Source: Minisyncoccota bacterium
GTDB lineage: Bacteria; Patescibacteriota; Minisyncoccia; Phycocordibacterales; UBA2100
Direction of reading: 5' to 3'
NCBI GenBank assembly: GCA_031291875.1
Contig: JARLIE010000218.1
Location: 4,979-68,978 of the forward strand
DNA: 64,000 nt
The translations under genes were made by a program, and so were the position numbers. Positions 1 through 11,937 of this stretch are shown here, one piece after another. The notes under the pieces are model-generated. The model was not told the DNA's origin, ran no database searches, and worked only from the letters and a program-made list of their open reading frames with translations. How positions within the stretch are numbered: position 1 is the first letter of the stretch; every line of letters starts with the position of its first letter.

Positions 1-872
1 GTGATTGCAGCCTGGCGGACCTTGTTGAATTGGCGTGTGTAGAGGTGCGCCATTTCCTTTGCCTTGTCGGTCGCACTTTTCATCGCGACCATGCGTGCTG
101 AGTGCTCGGATGCTTTCGATTCGAGGAGTGCATGAAAGACGGCGATATTCAAAAGGCGTGGCAAGAGCACCGCGAGCACGGAATCTGCATCCGGCTCGAT
201 GGTGTAGAAGGCCGGGGCGTGTACGCTTTCATCTTTTTGCGGCGCGTATTTACCGCGCACCGGACGGATGCCCGCGATCATTTCGGCGATCATGTTTTTC
301 GTGATCGGTATAAGTTGGCGAACACTCGGCTGCTGTTCGAATGTGGAGATGAAATTTTGATACACCACATGGCAGGTACCGATTTCTTTGGCCGAATGCA
401 ATTCGAGAATTTTCTCGGTGACTTTGCGGATGTCGGCCTCTGAAATTCCGTCGGAAAGGTTCTCGTATTTTTCACGCACGTCGAATCCCCTATTGGCGAA
501 GAAGTCGCCGCCTCGTCGTCCGATCGCGAGAATTACGACATTGCTTTTATCCAAACCACGCTGCGAGATCTCGCGTTCGACGCGGCGAATAATGCCGCTG
601 TTGAGCGATCCCGCGAGCCCTTTGTCGCTGGTAATCATCAAGAAACAGGTTTTGCCAGGCCGCTCTTGCAAAAGCGAGTGTCGGGCGATCTCCACGGTTC
701 CCGAGAGACGTTCGAGTATCGAGAGTGCAGCGGCAGCGTACGAGCGACCGCCGAGCGCTCGCTCTTGCGACTTGCGCATCTTCACAGCAGAGACGGCTTC
801 CATCGCGTGCGTGACGGTTCCCGTTTTTTTATACGATTGTATTTTGAGTTTGATGTTCTTCAGCGAGGCCAT
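1..872 (-). CDS. atpG: ATP synthase F1 gamma subunit (3' end runs off window)
   Basis: Not in ORF track; translated by hand from ATG at 872: MASLKNIKLKIQSYKKTGTVTHAMEAVSAVKMRK...ITSDKGLAGSLN...SEHSARMVAMKSATDKA...NKVRQAAIT. Confidence 0.95.
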   Translation of the reverse strand, partial: MASLKNIKLKIQSYKKTGTVTHAMEAVSAVKMRKSQERALGGRSYAAAALSILERLSGTVEIARHSLLQERPGKTCFLMITSDKGLAGSLNSGIIRRVEREISQRGLDKSNVVILAIGRRGGDFFANRGFDVREKYENLSDGISEADIRKVTEKILELHSAKEIGTCHVVYQNFISTFEQQPSVRQLIPITKNMIAEMIAGIRPVRGKYAPQKDESVHAPAFYTIEPDADSVLAVLLPRLLNIAVFHALLESKASEHSARMVAMKSATDKAKEMAHLYTRQFNKVRQAAI

Positions 873-873
873 A

Positions 874-1254
874 TTAGTTCAAGGTTCGATCGAGAAAATC
901 TTGTTGGTGCTTTAGCATGTCTTCCATTTCTTGGAGGTTCTCCACATATTCGTCGCGCAGTGATTCCTTTTCTACAAGCTCCTCTTCGAGAAACTTTCTT
1001 TCCGCACCTTCGAGAGATGACAAACGTTCGGTCAAGTGTTCCATTTGTGCGTTCAAGTGTGCAATGCGCTCTTGGTTCAATCTAATCTTTTCGGGCATGA
1101 CCCGCAGGCCGTTGCGCGCGTATTCTATCTTTTCTTCCGTAGAGAGTGTCTTGAAGTGCTCAGTAATTTGTTCGCGGGCTTCCTCAAGTTCGGAGTCATC
1201 GTCAATCTCGACTTCTTCCTTGCGCTCCCGTTTCTTTGGAGGCCGCTCAAACAT
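874..1254 (-). CDS. Hypothetical Glu-rich coiled-coil protein inside atp operon
   Basis: 126-aa ORF filling the atpA-atpG gap exactly (2-nt and 1-nt spacers); E/L heptad pattern. Confidence 0.8.
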   Translation of the reverse strand: MFERPPKKRERKEEVEIDDDSELEEAREQITEHFKTLSTEEKIEYARNGLRVMPEKIRLNQERIAHLNAQMEHLTERLSSLEGAERKFLEEELVEKESLRDEYVENLQEMEDMLKHQQDFLDRTLN

Positions 1255-1256
1255 AG

Positions 1257-2825
1257 TTATTTTGTCGCGAACAATTCCGGGTGCGCGAGACGGAATTCTT
1301 CGGTTGCCTTCGCGATTTCTTTCTTGGAATCGTCCGAGAGTTGGCCCGACTTCTTAATCTCGGCGAACACATTCTTGTGCTGCGCGTCAACGTACTCGAC
1401 GAAAAGCGTCGCCGCCTCTCGTACACGCGCGACCGGAGTGTCGTTGAATATCCTGAGTGATGCGGCGTAGAGCATCGCGACCTGGCGCTCCATCGGAATC
1501 GGCGCGCCATTGCGCTGCTTGAGGAGTTCAATCATGCGCTGACCGGAGGCGAGCTGGTCAGCCGTCGTTTTGTCGAGATCCTGCGCGAACTGAGTGAATG
1601 CTTCGAGATCGCGGAATTGCGCGAGTTCAAGCTTGAGACCGCCGGCGACCGCCTTCACTGCCTTGGTTTGTGCGGAAGAACCGACGCGGGACACAGAGAT
1701 ACCGACATCAATCGCCGGACGAACTCCTTTGTTGAAGAGGTCGGTGACGAGGAAGATTTGGCCGTCGGTGATCGAAATGACGTTGGTCGGGATGTATGCG
1801 GAAACGTCACCTTCTTGGGTTTCGATGATCGGGAGCGCGGTGATAGAACCGCCGCCCTTCTCTTCGCTCATGCGGCACGCGCGCTCAAGCAAACGAGAGT
1901 GGAGATAAAAGATATCGCCCGGATATGCTTCGCGACCCGGCGGGCGGCGAAGAAGGAGCGAGAGTTCGCGGTACGCTACCGCCTGTTTCGAGAGGTCATC
2001 GTAAATAATGAGGACGTCCTTGCCTTTGTCCATGAAGTACTCACCCATCGCAACACCCGCAAACGGGGCAAGATATTGCAACGCCGCAGGCGCAGAGGCC
2101 GGCGCGTCGACGATGATCGTGTACTCCATCGCGCCCGCTTCACGCAGCTGCTGAGCGATACGAGCGGTCTTCGATTCCTTCTGACCGATAGCAACATAGA
2201 TACAAATCGGGCGCTTGTCTTCCGGTTCATTCAGCTGGTTGATGATGGTGTCGATCGCAATCGTTGTTTTGCCTGTCGCGCGGTCGCCAATGATGAGCTC
2301 ACGCTGACCGCGGCCAATCGGGATCATCGCGTCGATCGCGGTGATGCCGGTTGCAAGCGGGACAGTAACGGATTTACGGTCGATAACTCCAGCTGCCTGT
2401 CGCTCGACGGGAACCATCGTCATGTTCTTGAATGGACCTTTGGCATCCTGCGGCTCACCGAGCGCATTCACAACACGGCCGAGCAATTCTTCGCCAGCTG
2501 GTACGCTGAGTACGTGACCCGTCGATTTGACCGTCATTCCTTCTGAAACACGTGCGGTATCGCCGAGAATAGACGCTCGTACGCCGTCTTCTTCGAGGTT
2601 CAAAACGAGGCCGTAGAGTTCAGTCTGCGCCTCCATCGCCTCCGCGAGCTTCTTGCTCTTTGTTTCTTCAAATATCAAAACTTCGCTCATCACGACACTC
2701 GTGAGGCCGTCGATCGCGACGACACCGTCGCCGACTTGCACCACACGGCCTACATGAGCACTCTCATGCGTCGGTTTAAATTGTTCGATCTCCTTTATGA
2801 TCTTTTCGACGGTTGAAGAATTCAT
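1257..2825 (-). CDS. atpA: ATP synthase F1 alpha subunit
   Basis: [54 protein letters not shown]. Confidence 0.98.
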   Translation of the reverse strand: MNSSTVEKIIKEIEQFKPTHESAHVGRVVQVGDGVVAIDGLTSVVMSEVLIFEETKSKKLAEAMEAQTELYGLVLNLEEDGVRASILGDTARVSEGMTVKSTGHVLSVPAGEELLGRVVNALGEPQDAKGPFKNMTMVPVERQAAGVIDRKSVTVPLATGITAIDAMIPIGRGQRELIIGDRATGKTTIAIDTIINQLNEPEDKRPICIYVAIGQKESKTARIAQQLREAGAMEYTIIVDAPASAPAALQYLAPFAGVAMGEYFMDKGKDVLIIYDDLSKQAVAYRELSLLLRRPPGREAYPGDIFYLHSRLLERACRMSEEKGGGSITALPIIETQEGDVSAYIPTNVISITDGQIFLVTDLFNKGVRPAIDVGISVSRVGSSAQTKAVKAVAGGLKLELAQFRDLEAFTQFAQDLDKTTADQLASGQRMIELLKQRNGAPIPMERQVAMLYAASLRIFNDTPVARVREAATLFVEYVDAQHKNVFAEIKKSGQLSDDSKKEIAKATEEFRLAHPELFATK

Positions 2826-2827
2826 AG

Positions 2828-3214
2828 CTAGCGTACGGCGCGATTATACATATCCAATAATGCTTGTTTATAGCTTGCATCCACGAGCTTACCCTTACCC
2901 TCGAAGCGCCATCCTCCGATCAATTCAGGGTCGACGCGTGTTTCGACATCTTTCGCTTCTGCGCCGAGTTCCTTGAGGAGCGGTTCGATGTCTCGCTTTG
3001 CGCCGTGCGAATCTTTTTCGCTCGCGATCGTAAGCGTGATCATGTTGTTGCGATGCTCACGTTGCGCCAAGCGCCCGAACGCACTCGCGATGCGAGGCAT
3101 CAACAGCTCGCGTCCATGCGCCTTGAGCGATTCGTGCAGCGATTGCACCGCCTTGTGAGGCTCCATGCCCCTTTCTACCGATTGCCATAGTGCCTGCGCG
3201 TATTCTTTTTCCAT
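2828..3214 (-). CDS. atpH: ATP synthase delta subunit (short form)
   Basis: Operon position; YAQAL N-terminus and VDPELIGG...VDAS C-terminal motif; 128 aa. Confidence 0.85.
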   Translation of the reverse strand: MEKEYAQALWQSVERGMEPHKAVQSLHESLKAHGRELLMPRIASAFGRLAQREHRNNMITLTIASEKDSHGAKRDIEPLLKELGAEAKDVETRVDPELIGGWRFEGKGKLVDASYKQALLDMYNRAVR

Positions 3215-3215
3215 A

Positions 3216-3665
3216 TTACGCTTTTTGACCTCGCAAAATCTTCTCCGCAGCGAGCATTGCCGCCTTCACGATCTCGCGCTCGCTCTCTGCAACCACCCGA
3301 CGCTTCTCTTCTTCCGCGCGGACTTGCGCATCTTTGAGAATGGCGCCAGCTTTCGCTTCGGCTGCGTGTACTGTTTCGGCACCGACTTCGCTTGCGCGAG
3401 TGCGCGCGGTGGCGACGAGGCCTTCGGCTTGTCGCGCAGCGTCAGCTACCATTTGGTCTCCTTGCGTTTTTGCATCTTCAAGATGCTGTTGCGCGAGCTG
3501 CGCGGTGCGCACGCTCTCGGCGATCTTCGCGCGACGTTCGTCGATGACGCGAAGAATGGGGCGATACAGGAAGTACGAGAGTGCGATGAGCAGTACGGCG
3601 AAATTCACCCCTTGTATAAGAAGGAGTTTCCAATCAAGACCGAATGCTGCAAAAAACTGTCCCAT
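3216..3665 (-). CDS. atpF: ATP synthase Fo b subunit
   Basis: QGVNFAVLLIALSYFLYRPI..IDERRAKI, one TM plus long helix. Confidence 0.93.
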   Translation of the reverse strand: MGQFFAAFGLDWKLLLIQGVNFAVLLIALSYFLYRPILRVIDERRAKIAESVRTAQLAQQHLEDAKTQGDQMVADAARQAEGLVATARTRASEVGAETVHAAEAKAGAILKDAQVRAEEEKRRVVAESEREIVKAAMLAAEKILRGQKA

Positions 3666-3690
3666 ACGACTTCCCTGGATTCGTCAGTGC

Positions 3691-3921
<231 letters not shown>

Positions 3922-4015
3922 CTAAAAGTAACTTTTGGTAATTTCAATTTCGACCGCACTATTGTAGCACGCGTTTGCTGCGTTTTCTAGCAGAGCGAGT
4001 GGAGTAAGCGCTGCT

Positions 4016-4768
4016 TTAGTGCGCTTCTTCGCCGTGCGGTTCCATGATCGCAAGTTTGACGAAAAAGAGCGTGAGGAGCGCAAAAACGGCCGCCTGCACG
4101 ATTCCCACGAAGAGCTCGAAGCTCATGAGCGGTACTGGCAAGATGTACGGCACGAAATACCCCGCGACCGCGAGCAAAACTTCCCCGGCAAAAACGTTAC
4201 CGAAAAGACGGAAAGAGAACGAAACAAAGCGTGAAAGTTCGCTGATGAGTTCGATGAGGCCGACGATGAAATTGAGGGGCGAGCTGAAATTGATGAACTT
4301 ACCGCCGTACCTAAAGAGGCCTACGGCCACAATACCGGCGATCTCAATCGAAAAGACAGAAATAATGGCGAGCGCGAGCGTTGTATTGAGGTCGCTGTTG
4401 ACGCTGCGTAAGAGCGGGACCCACTCGGCACCCTGTTTGATGATGATCGATCCCACGCCCGGCGTGAACTCGAGCAAATTGGAGGTTGCGATAAAAAGGA
4501 AAATCGTCATGAGGAGCGGAAACATGCGACGGGCCCAGGTGCGATCTTCGAGCGTCTCCGTGATGAAGTCGTATACGTACTCAACGAGCCATTCGAGGAA
4601 TGTCTGGAAGCGGCTCGGCACCATCGAAATGCGCCTTCCTACAAAAAAAGCGGTCAGAATAAGGACGGTCATCACAATCCAACTCGTAATGAGCGTATTG
4701 GTAACCGGAATCCCAAAAAGGGATCCGACCCGTTCGGCTGCGAGAGAAATATGAATACCTGACTGCAT
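4016..4768 (-). CDS. atpB: ATP synthase Fo a subunit
   Basis: SFSFRLFGNVFAGE, ELFVGIVQAAVF; start set at MQSGIHISL. Confidence 0.95.
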   Translation of the reverse strand: MQSGIHISLAAERVGSLFGIPVTNTLITSWIVMTVLILTAFFVGRRISMVPSRFQTFLEWLVEYVYDFITETLEDRTWARRMFPLLMTIFLFIATSNLLEFTPGVGSIIIKQGAEWVPLLRSVNSDLNTTLALAIISVFSIEIAGIVAVGLFRYGGKFINFSSPLNFIVGLIELISELSRFVSFSFRLFGNVFAGEVLLAVAGYFVPYILPVPLMSFELFVGIVQAAVFALLTLFFVKLAIMEPHGEEAH

Positions 4769-4871
4769 ATTTTTCGAAATGGTAGCACAAAGAAGCGGCG
4801 GCCCCAAGGCCGCCGCACACTCCCCGTTGATGTGAATGGTGCCCATTCACAGACGCACTAGCGTAGTCGAA

Positions 4872-5477
4872 TTAGACGTTGGATTTCTGGGGCGGAAGCA
4901 ATACCTCGTTGATGAGATACACGACGCCGTTCGAGCCCTTGTATTCGGCGATGATGATCGAGGAGTTGACCATCGGGATGTTGTTGATGTCCGTGAAATT
5001 CAGCGGATCACCCGACCAAGCCTGCACAACGCCGGAGAATTGGGCACCCGGCTGGATCGCTTTGCCTGCAACGATCGAGTACTGGACGAGGCGCCTAAGT
5101 TGCGCAGCTGTCATCTTCGAGAGCGTGCCTTTCGGCAAGCTTGAGAAAGCGCTGTCGGTCGGTACGAAAATCGTGTACTGGCCGGTCGCGCTTATCGAGC
5201 TGCCGACGCCGGTCGAGCTTAGCAACGACTCATACTCCGATGCGCTCGGCAAAAGTGTGAGGATCGACTTAACCGTATCACTGCTCTTATCAGTCACCGT
5301 CGGTCCTTGAGACGCTTGCGATGTCGTTGTTGCAGCCGTCGAAGTTGCGAGTGACGTATTCGTCGTCGCTACGTTCACCTGCTGATTGGCGGCGATCCAC
5401 CACCAGCCGAGCGCCGCAATCACGACGATCGCAACGATGCCGATCCAGAATCCCTTATTAGCATTTACATTGTTCAT
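4872..5477 (-). CDS. Membrane-anchored fasciclin (FAS1) domain protein
   Basis: N-terminal TM, Thr-rich linker, YTIFVPTDSAF and NGVVYLINEVLLP motifs. Confidence 0.88.
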   Translation of the reverse strand: MNNVNANKGFWIGIVAIVVIAALGWWWIAANQQVNVATTNTSLATSTAATTTSQASQGPTVTDKSSDTVKSILTLLPSASEYESLLSSTGVGSSISATGQYTIFVPTDSAFSSLPKGTLSKMTAAQLRRLVQYSIVAGKAIQPGAQFSGVVQAWSGDPLNFTDINNIPMVNSSIIIAEYKGSNGVVYLINEVLLPPQKSNV

Positions 5478-5542
5478 ATTGGCGGATATTAGAAACCCCT
5501 ATAAATCAGGCTTTTGCCTGTTGGTATTTAGACGTACGGAGC

Positions 5543-6400
5543 TTACCTTTCTTTCATGAACTCCGCTACCACTTTCGCAACGCGTCCCTCCCCTCCCTTG
5601 AAACCGTGACCGACCCCGGCAACAGTGAGCACGGTGTCGCTCGGTTTCAAATGCTTCTCAAACCAGGCTGTGGCCTCACTCGCCGGTCGGTCGGCAAACT
5701 CGTCTTCCTGCGCCCAGAGCACTAAGATCGGCAGTTTCACCTTCTGTAGCGCACGCGGTTTCTTGTTGGGATCGATATACGTGAAAATTTCTTCCGACGA
5801 ATCGGGCGTATAGAGCGAGAGAAATCTTTGGGCGTCGTTTAATTCTTCCGGCCACAGAGAAGCCGGAATGAACTCGTTCGGTTTACCGCTCTTTACAAGC
5901 TTTCGCGCGTAAGATGCGATTCGAGACAACTTTGCGGCGCCATGACGCTTCAGGGCTCCTGCATAATCACTAACGGGAGCGAGTAGCACGATGCCTTTGA
6001 CGCCTGCTCCCTTCTTTGAAGCCCAGTAAACTGCCTTTTGACAACCGGTCGAGTGGCCGGCGAGAAAAATGCGCTTCACACCTGTCTTTCGAACGAAATC
6101 GATTGCTCCTTGAATATCATCGACACAATCGGTAAAGCGCTCGTGCGCGGATCCCGCTTCATAGGAGATTCCCCTGGTAGATTTAAGCTTGCTCACTGAG
6201 TCGTGCCCGCGATTATTGAAAACTACAACTGCAGTATTTTTGTTGACCAAAGACTGCACGACCGAGTGCATCGAAAACATCGAGGAGGTAAGACCATGTA
6301 TCCAAATGAGCACCTGCTTTGGCTTTTTGGGACCGAACCAAAGTCCGTTCAGTAGAAAATTCTTCGGCGTCGTGATTTGCACGACGAATGCCGGTGTCAT
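5543..6400 (-). CDS. Alpha/beta hydrolase (DUF1749-like)
   Basis: IHGL, GHSTG nucleophile elbow, QEDE, GHGF. Confidence 0.85.
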   Translation of the reverse strand: MTPAFVVQITTPKNFLLNGLWFGPKKPKQVLIWIHGLTSSMFSMHSVVQSLVNKNTAVVVFNNRGHDSVSKLKSTRGISYEAGSAHERFTDCVDDIQGAIDFVRKTGVKRIFLAGHSTGCQKAVYWASKKGAGVKGIVLLAPVSDYAGALKRHGAAKLSRIASYARKLVKSGKPNEFIPASLWPEELNDAQRFLSLYTPDSSEEIFTYIDPNKKPRALQKVKLPILVLWAQEDEFADRPASEATAWFEKHLKPSDTVLTVAGVGHGFKGGEGRVAKVVAEFMKER

Positions 6401-6415
6401 AGGGTGAAGTATAAA

Positions 6416-6967
6416 CTACTTCGCGACTGCTACCTCGGCCGAAGAATTGAGATCCGAAGCGAGTTCATCTTGTGTGTGAGGCATGTTCGAAATGCTGACA
6501 TGCCCGACGACTTTAATAGTCACGTTATTGCAAATACCGAGCACGTTCGCGGGATTCATGGTCTTACCGCCGAGCGTTACTTGCTGTGGCAGGAGAATAT
6601 CGATCTTGTTACGCCATTTGCTGTTCATGGCGTCTGCGATAACGCGAAGACCGATCTTTTTTCCGACAACGGTATACCCGCAGGACGGCGATGAACTCGC
6701 TGAATCGATCTCGATAACGGTACCGAAGGGCAGTTTGCCGGCGAGGTCGGAGGATCGGGCAGCGACGACGTTTGGGTCTGAGTAGGCGCCACTCGCCGTT
6801 TCGAGTGGATTACTATCGGTTTGATCAGGAACCGCGTTGTAGGCGGTCATAGCTACCTTCAGAGTCTTATCAGCCGGTACGGCCGTAGCGTCCGCGACAA
6901 TAGGCATAAGAGAAACGGCCACAAGGGCCGCGATAAGCACGCGCACGCTGGGTGGGGTCATTTGCAT
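6416..6967 (-). CDS. Secreted 3D-domain/RlpA-like protein
   Basis: Signal peptide; TAYN..PDQTDSNP.ETASG, LPFGT, IAD.M...IDI. Confidence 0.75.
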   Translation of the reverse strand: MQMTPPSVRVLIAALVAVSLMPIVADATAVPADKTLKVAMTAYNAVPDQTDSNPLETASGAYSDPNVVAARSSDLAGKLPFGTVIEIDSASSSPSCGYTVVGKKIGLRVIADAMNSKWRNKIDILLPQQVTLGGKTMNPANVLGICNNVTIKVVGHVSISNMPHTQDELASDLNSSAEVAVAK

Positions 6968-7093
6968 GGCTCCGATTGAGAAACGCTAGCATTTATAGAA
7001 ATTGCTGTCAATGAAAAAAAATGGCTCTGTTGAGCCATTTTTATAATACATTATTTGACTACTTGTCAAATAAGTGCCAATTTAGGGTCATCT

Positions 7094-9080
<1,987 letters not shown>

Positions 9081-9140
9081 AGTGACCCCGCGACTTCAAT
9101 GCGACTTGAGCGACGCGTACGCAAAATTGTATCACGGCGG

Positions 9141-9174
9141 GGTTCATACCGTTTCCATCTCGAAATGCGATACT
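9141..9174 (+). promoter_or_regulatory. 11-bp direct repeat plus -10 box (pho-box-like)
   Basis: GGTTCAT-accg-TTTCCAT-N10-GATACT upstream of the 9256 gene. Confidence 0.5.
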
Positions 9175-9255
9175 GGCGCTCAAACCGCCTCGAGAACCGG
9201 CAATTTACCTCGCGGCGGGTCGAGCTTACTAACATAAGTAACCTTCCGAAACTAT

Positions 9256-9450
9256 ATGTGGCAACAATGGGTAAACGCTATTCTCGGGCTCTGGGTCATT
9301 GCGGTACCATTCATCGGCATCACCGGCTCAGCGATGGTCTGGACACTCGCCATTACAGGTGTCGTCATCGCGGTCCTCGGCGTGTGGGGCGCTCAGCAAG
9401 AGCAGAGTCTGGAAGAAGAGCTGCACGAACTTCAATTACAGCACCGCTAA
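9256..9450 (+). CDS. Small membrane protein, SPW-repeat-like
   Basis: WQQWVNAILGLWVIAVPF pattern, two TM segments. Confidence 0.75.
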   Translation: MWQQWVNAILGLWVIAVPFIGITGSAMVWTLAITGVVIAVLGVWGAQQEQSLEEELHELQLQHR

Positions 9451-9532
9451 GCACGGCTGCAGCGGGGAGATTGGTCGCCGGCACCTACGTGCCGGCGACT
9501 TTATACAAAAGCGAGCGTGCTATACTTTTTTC

Positions 9533-10270
9533 ATGCAAATGTACGCTATCAAATCGGCGGATTTGTTCCTCGACCTTTCCGAAAAAGGCCGGACGTACAT
9601 ACTCAAATTCCGTGATCTCCCGCCGGATCAAAAACCGCGCGAGAAGATGCTCGCACTTGGGTCTTCCGCTCTTTCGGTATCAGAATTGATTGCCGTTATC
9701 ATCGGGACCGGTACCAAGAAGGAAGATGTACGTGCAATGTCCGAGCGGATTTTGCGAGAGTATGGTGAGCGTAGCCTCGTCGGCAACGTCAACGCCGAAA
9801 CTCTCAGCAAGGACCTCGACATTCCGCTGGGTAAAGCGCTGCAGATCGCCGCGAGCGCGGAGCTCGGCCGCCGATTTTTCCAAAAGAACGAACTTGGAAT
9901 AGCGACGGTACGCACGTCGCAAGACGCCTATGAATACCTCAAAGACATGCGCGATCTCTCAAAAGAGCACCTGCGCGGACTCTATCTCAACAACCAACAC
10001 AAAGTCATCCACGACGAAGTGATTTCGATCGGCACCATCGATACCAATATCGTGCATCCACGAGAAGTCTTCAAACCGGCGCTCGAATACTCGGCCGTCG
10101 CCGTGATCCTCGCGCACAATCACCCTTCCGGCTCCCTCGAGCCCAGCAACGCGGATATCGAGATAACCAAACAGCTCGTCCAAAGCGGCAAAATCATGGG
10201 TATCCAGCTTCTCGATCACATCATCGTCACCAAAGATGACTACGCCAGCATCCCGGTGTCGTATGAATAG
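9533..10270 (+). CDS. radC: RadC/UPF0758 JAB-domain protein
   Basis: KPREK, VHPREVFK, AHNHPSG...SNAD, LLDHII; start moved to ATG 9533. Confidence 0.95.
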   Translation: MQMYAIKSADLFLDLSEKGRTYILKFRDLPPDQKPREKMLALGSSALSVSELIAVIIGTGTKKEDVRAMSERILREYGERSLVGNVNAETLSKDLDIPLGKALQIAASAELGRRFFQKNELGIATVRTSQDAYEYLKDMRDLSKEHLRGLYLNNQHKVIHDEVISIGTIDTNIVHPREVFKPALEYSAVAVILAHNHPSGSLEPSNADIEITKQLVQSGKIMGIQLLDHIIVTKDDYASIPVSYE

Positions 10271-10544
10271 TACGTACGCCGTCCGATCCCCTATCTTTCT
10301 TACGAATACTTCGTATGGCATCTCCTTTGTCAGAGATGCATTGCCGCGCGAGCGCAAACAGAACGTCGATTTTCATATCAAATCAGGCGATTATTTCGGC
10401 ACGCTCGCGACCATCATGGGTCTCATGGCGGATTCGCTGTCGAATAAAGGATCGGACCCGACTCGTTCCATAAAAACACTCGACGAGCTGCGCGAAGATC
10501 TTTGCTACGCGCAAGAGACATATCGAATCGAACCGAAAGACTAA
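10263..10544 (+). CDS. Hypothetical protein
   Basis: 93-aa ORF overlapping radC stop; DYFGTLATI segment. Confidence 0.6.
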   Translation: MNSTYAVRSPIFLTNTSYGISFVRDALPRERKQNVDFHIKSGDYFGTLATIMGLMADSLSNKGSDPTRSIKTLDELREDLCYAQETYRIEPKD

Positions 10545-10555
10545 AGAGCACTTTG

Positions 10556-10626
10556 TGGACCCACGGGGAGTCGAACCCCGACCTGTTCCATGCCATGGAA
10601 CCGTTCTACCGCTATACTATGGGCCC
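10556..10626 (-). tRNA. tRNA-Ala(GGC)
   Basis: GGGCCCA/TGGGTCC acceptor with G3:U70, anticodon loop ATGGCAT, GGTTCGACTCC; CCA not encoded. Confidence 0.95.
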
Positions 10627-10684
10627 TCTCTAACGGAAGTATCCTACCAGAAAAATCGGCCAAGCGTTATAGTGTCGCAGCCGA

Positions 10685-10756
10685 CCTCCCGTCGTTCAAC
10701 GGATAGGACGCGAGCTTCCGGAGCTCGTAATGTGGGTTCGATTCCTGCCGGGAGGA
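10685..10756 (+). tRNA. tRNA-Arg(CCG)
   Basis: CCTCCCG/CGGGAGG acceptor, loop TTCCGGA, GGTTCGATTCC. Confidence 0.95.
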
Positions 10757-10765
10757 ACAGTTACT

Positions 10766-11785
10766 GTGAAAAAAACAACGTACTCAGGCTCTCTCATGGG
10801 CACCATGTTCCGCAAGCTTGCGCGAAAAGTCGGCGCGAGGGTACTTATTGAGCCGACCTGGAATACAGTCGGACAAATCGTTTATCAAAGCGGTCGCAAA
10901 CGATATTTCAGATACTCAAGCCTCGATCTCAATACCCTCGGCGCTTCGGAGATCGCCAAAGATAAGGATTACGCGAATTTCTTTATGAAGCGTATGGGCT
11001 ATCGAACGATCGTCGGCAAGGCGTTTTACTCTTCGCGTTGGGCGAAAGCGATCGGGTCTCATCGAGATATCGATGCTGCCTATCGATATGCGCAAACAAT
11101 CGGATTTCCCGTTATCGTCAAGCCAAACAGCGGGAGCCAAGGAGTCGGTGTCGAGCTCGTCCACACAAAAAGAGAATTTTATACCGCATTGCGCCGCATC
11201 TTCAAAGGCGATCGCATTGCGCTCGTGCAACAACAGGTTCTTGGACGAGATTATCGCCTCGTCGTCCTCGACGACAAGATGATCTCCGCGTACCAGCGTT
11301 CTCCGCTAAAGGTTATTGGCGACGGAAAATCGAACATTAAACGACTATTGAAAATAAAACAGCGGGATTTTTTAAACAGCGGCAGAGATACTTTGTTGCG
11401 AATCGACGATCCGCGAATCAAAGCAAAACTAAAACGACAGGGACTTTCCTTCAATTCGATTCCAACAAAAAATCAAAAAATTCCTCTCCTCGACAACGCA
11501 AATCTCTCTGGCGGTGGCGACGCGATTGATGTTACGTCTATATTGCACCCTGCATTTAAAAACCTCGCGATCAAGCTGACTCGCGACATGGGTCTTCGAC
11601 TGTGCGGCGTCGACTTTATGATCGACGGCGATTGCACGAAACCACCAAGTAAATCGAATAATTATTGGATTTTAGAGATTAATGCAGCTCCAGGACTCGA
11701 CCACTACGTAAAAACGGGCAATACACAACGCAAGATCGTCGAAGACATGTACCTGGAAGTACTCAGACACATGGAACACGACTAG
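10766..11785 (+). CDS. Stand-alone ATP-grasp ligase (cyanophycin synthetase N-terminal / GshAB-like)
   Basis: AKDK, IGFPVIVKPNSGSQGVGV, GRDYRL, ANLSGGG, CGVD, ILEINAAPG; start uncertain (10766 GTG or 10796 ATG). Confidence 0.85.
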   Translation: MKKTTYSGSLMGTMFRKLARKVGARVLIEPTWNTVGQIVYQSGRKRYFRYSSLDLNTLGASEIAKDKDYANFFMKRMGYRTIVGKAFYSSRWAKAIGSHRDIDAAYRYAQTIGFPVIVKPNSGSQGVGVELVHTKREFYTALRRIFKGDRIALVQQQVLGRDYRLVVLDDKMISAYQRSPLKVIGDGKSNIKRLLKIKQRDFLNSGRDTLLRIDDPRIKAKLKRQGLSFNSIPTKNQKIPLLDNANLSGGGDAIDVTSILHPAFKNLAIKLTRDMGLRLCGVDFMIDGDCTKPPSKSNNYWILEINAAPGLDHYVKTGNTQRKIVEDMYLEVLRHMEHD

Positions 11786-11871
11786 AAAGTCGCTAGAAAT
11801 CGGCAAAACCATCACCTACACGGTTCCCCTTGCGAAATCGAGAGAAGTAGGCAAAATACTCGCTTCTTCAT

Positions 11872-11905
11872 GCTTCATGTAGTGTTCATCATGAAGATGT
11901 ATAAT
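11872..11905 (+). promoter_or_regulatory. 11-bp direct repeat plus -10 box (pho-box-like)
   Basis: GCTTCAT-gtag-TGTTCAT-N10-TATAAT upstream of hybrid kinase. Confidence 0.6.
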
Positions 11906-11937
11906 TTATATTTAGCAGCCACCACCGAACCTCGACG

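Noticed and set aside
1617-2546. Long antisense ORFs (also 30765-31850, 32305-33324, 39427-40569, 60395-61447)
   Set aside because: Shadow frames of well-supported genes, expected from codon bias; no motifs
10555-10851. ORFs over tRNA loci (also 54693-54938, 58573-58872)
   Set aside because: Their translations read through tRNA genes
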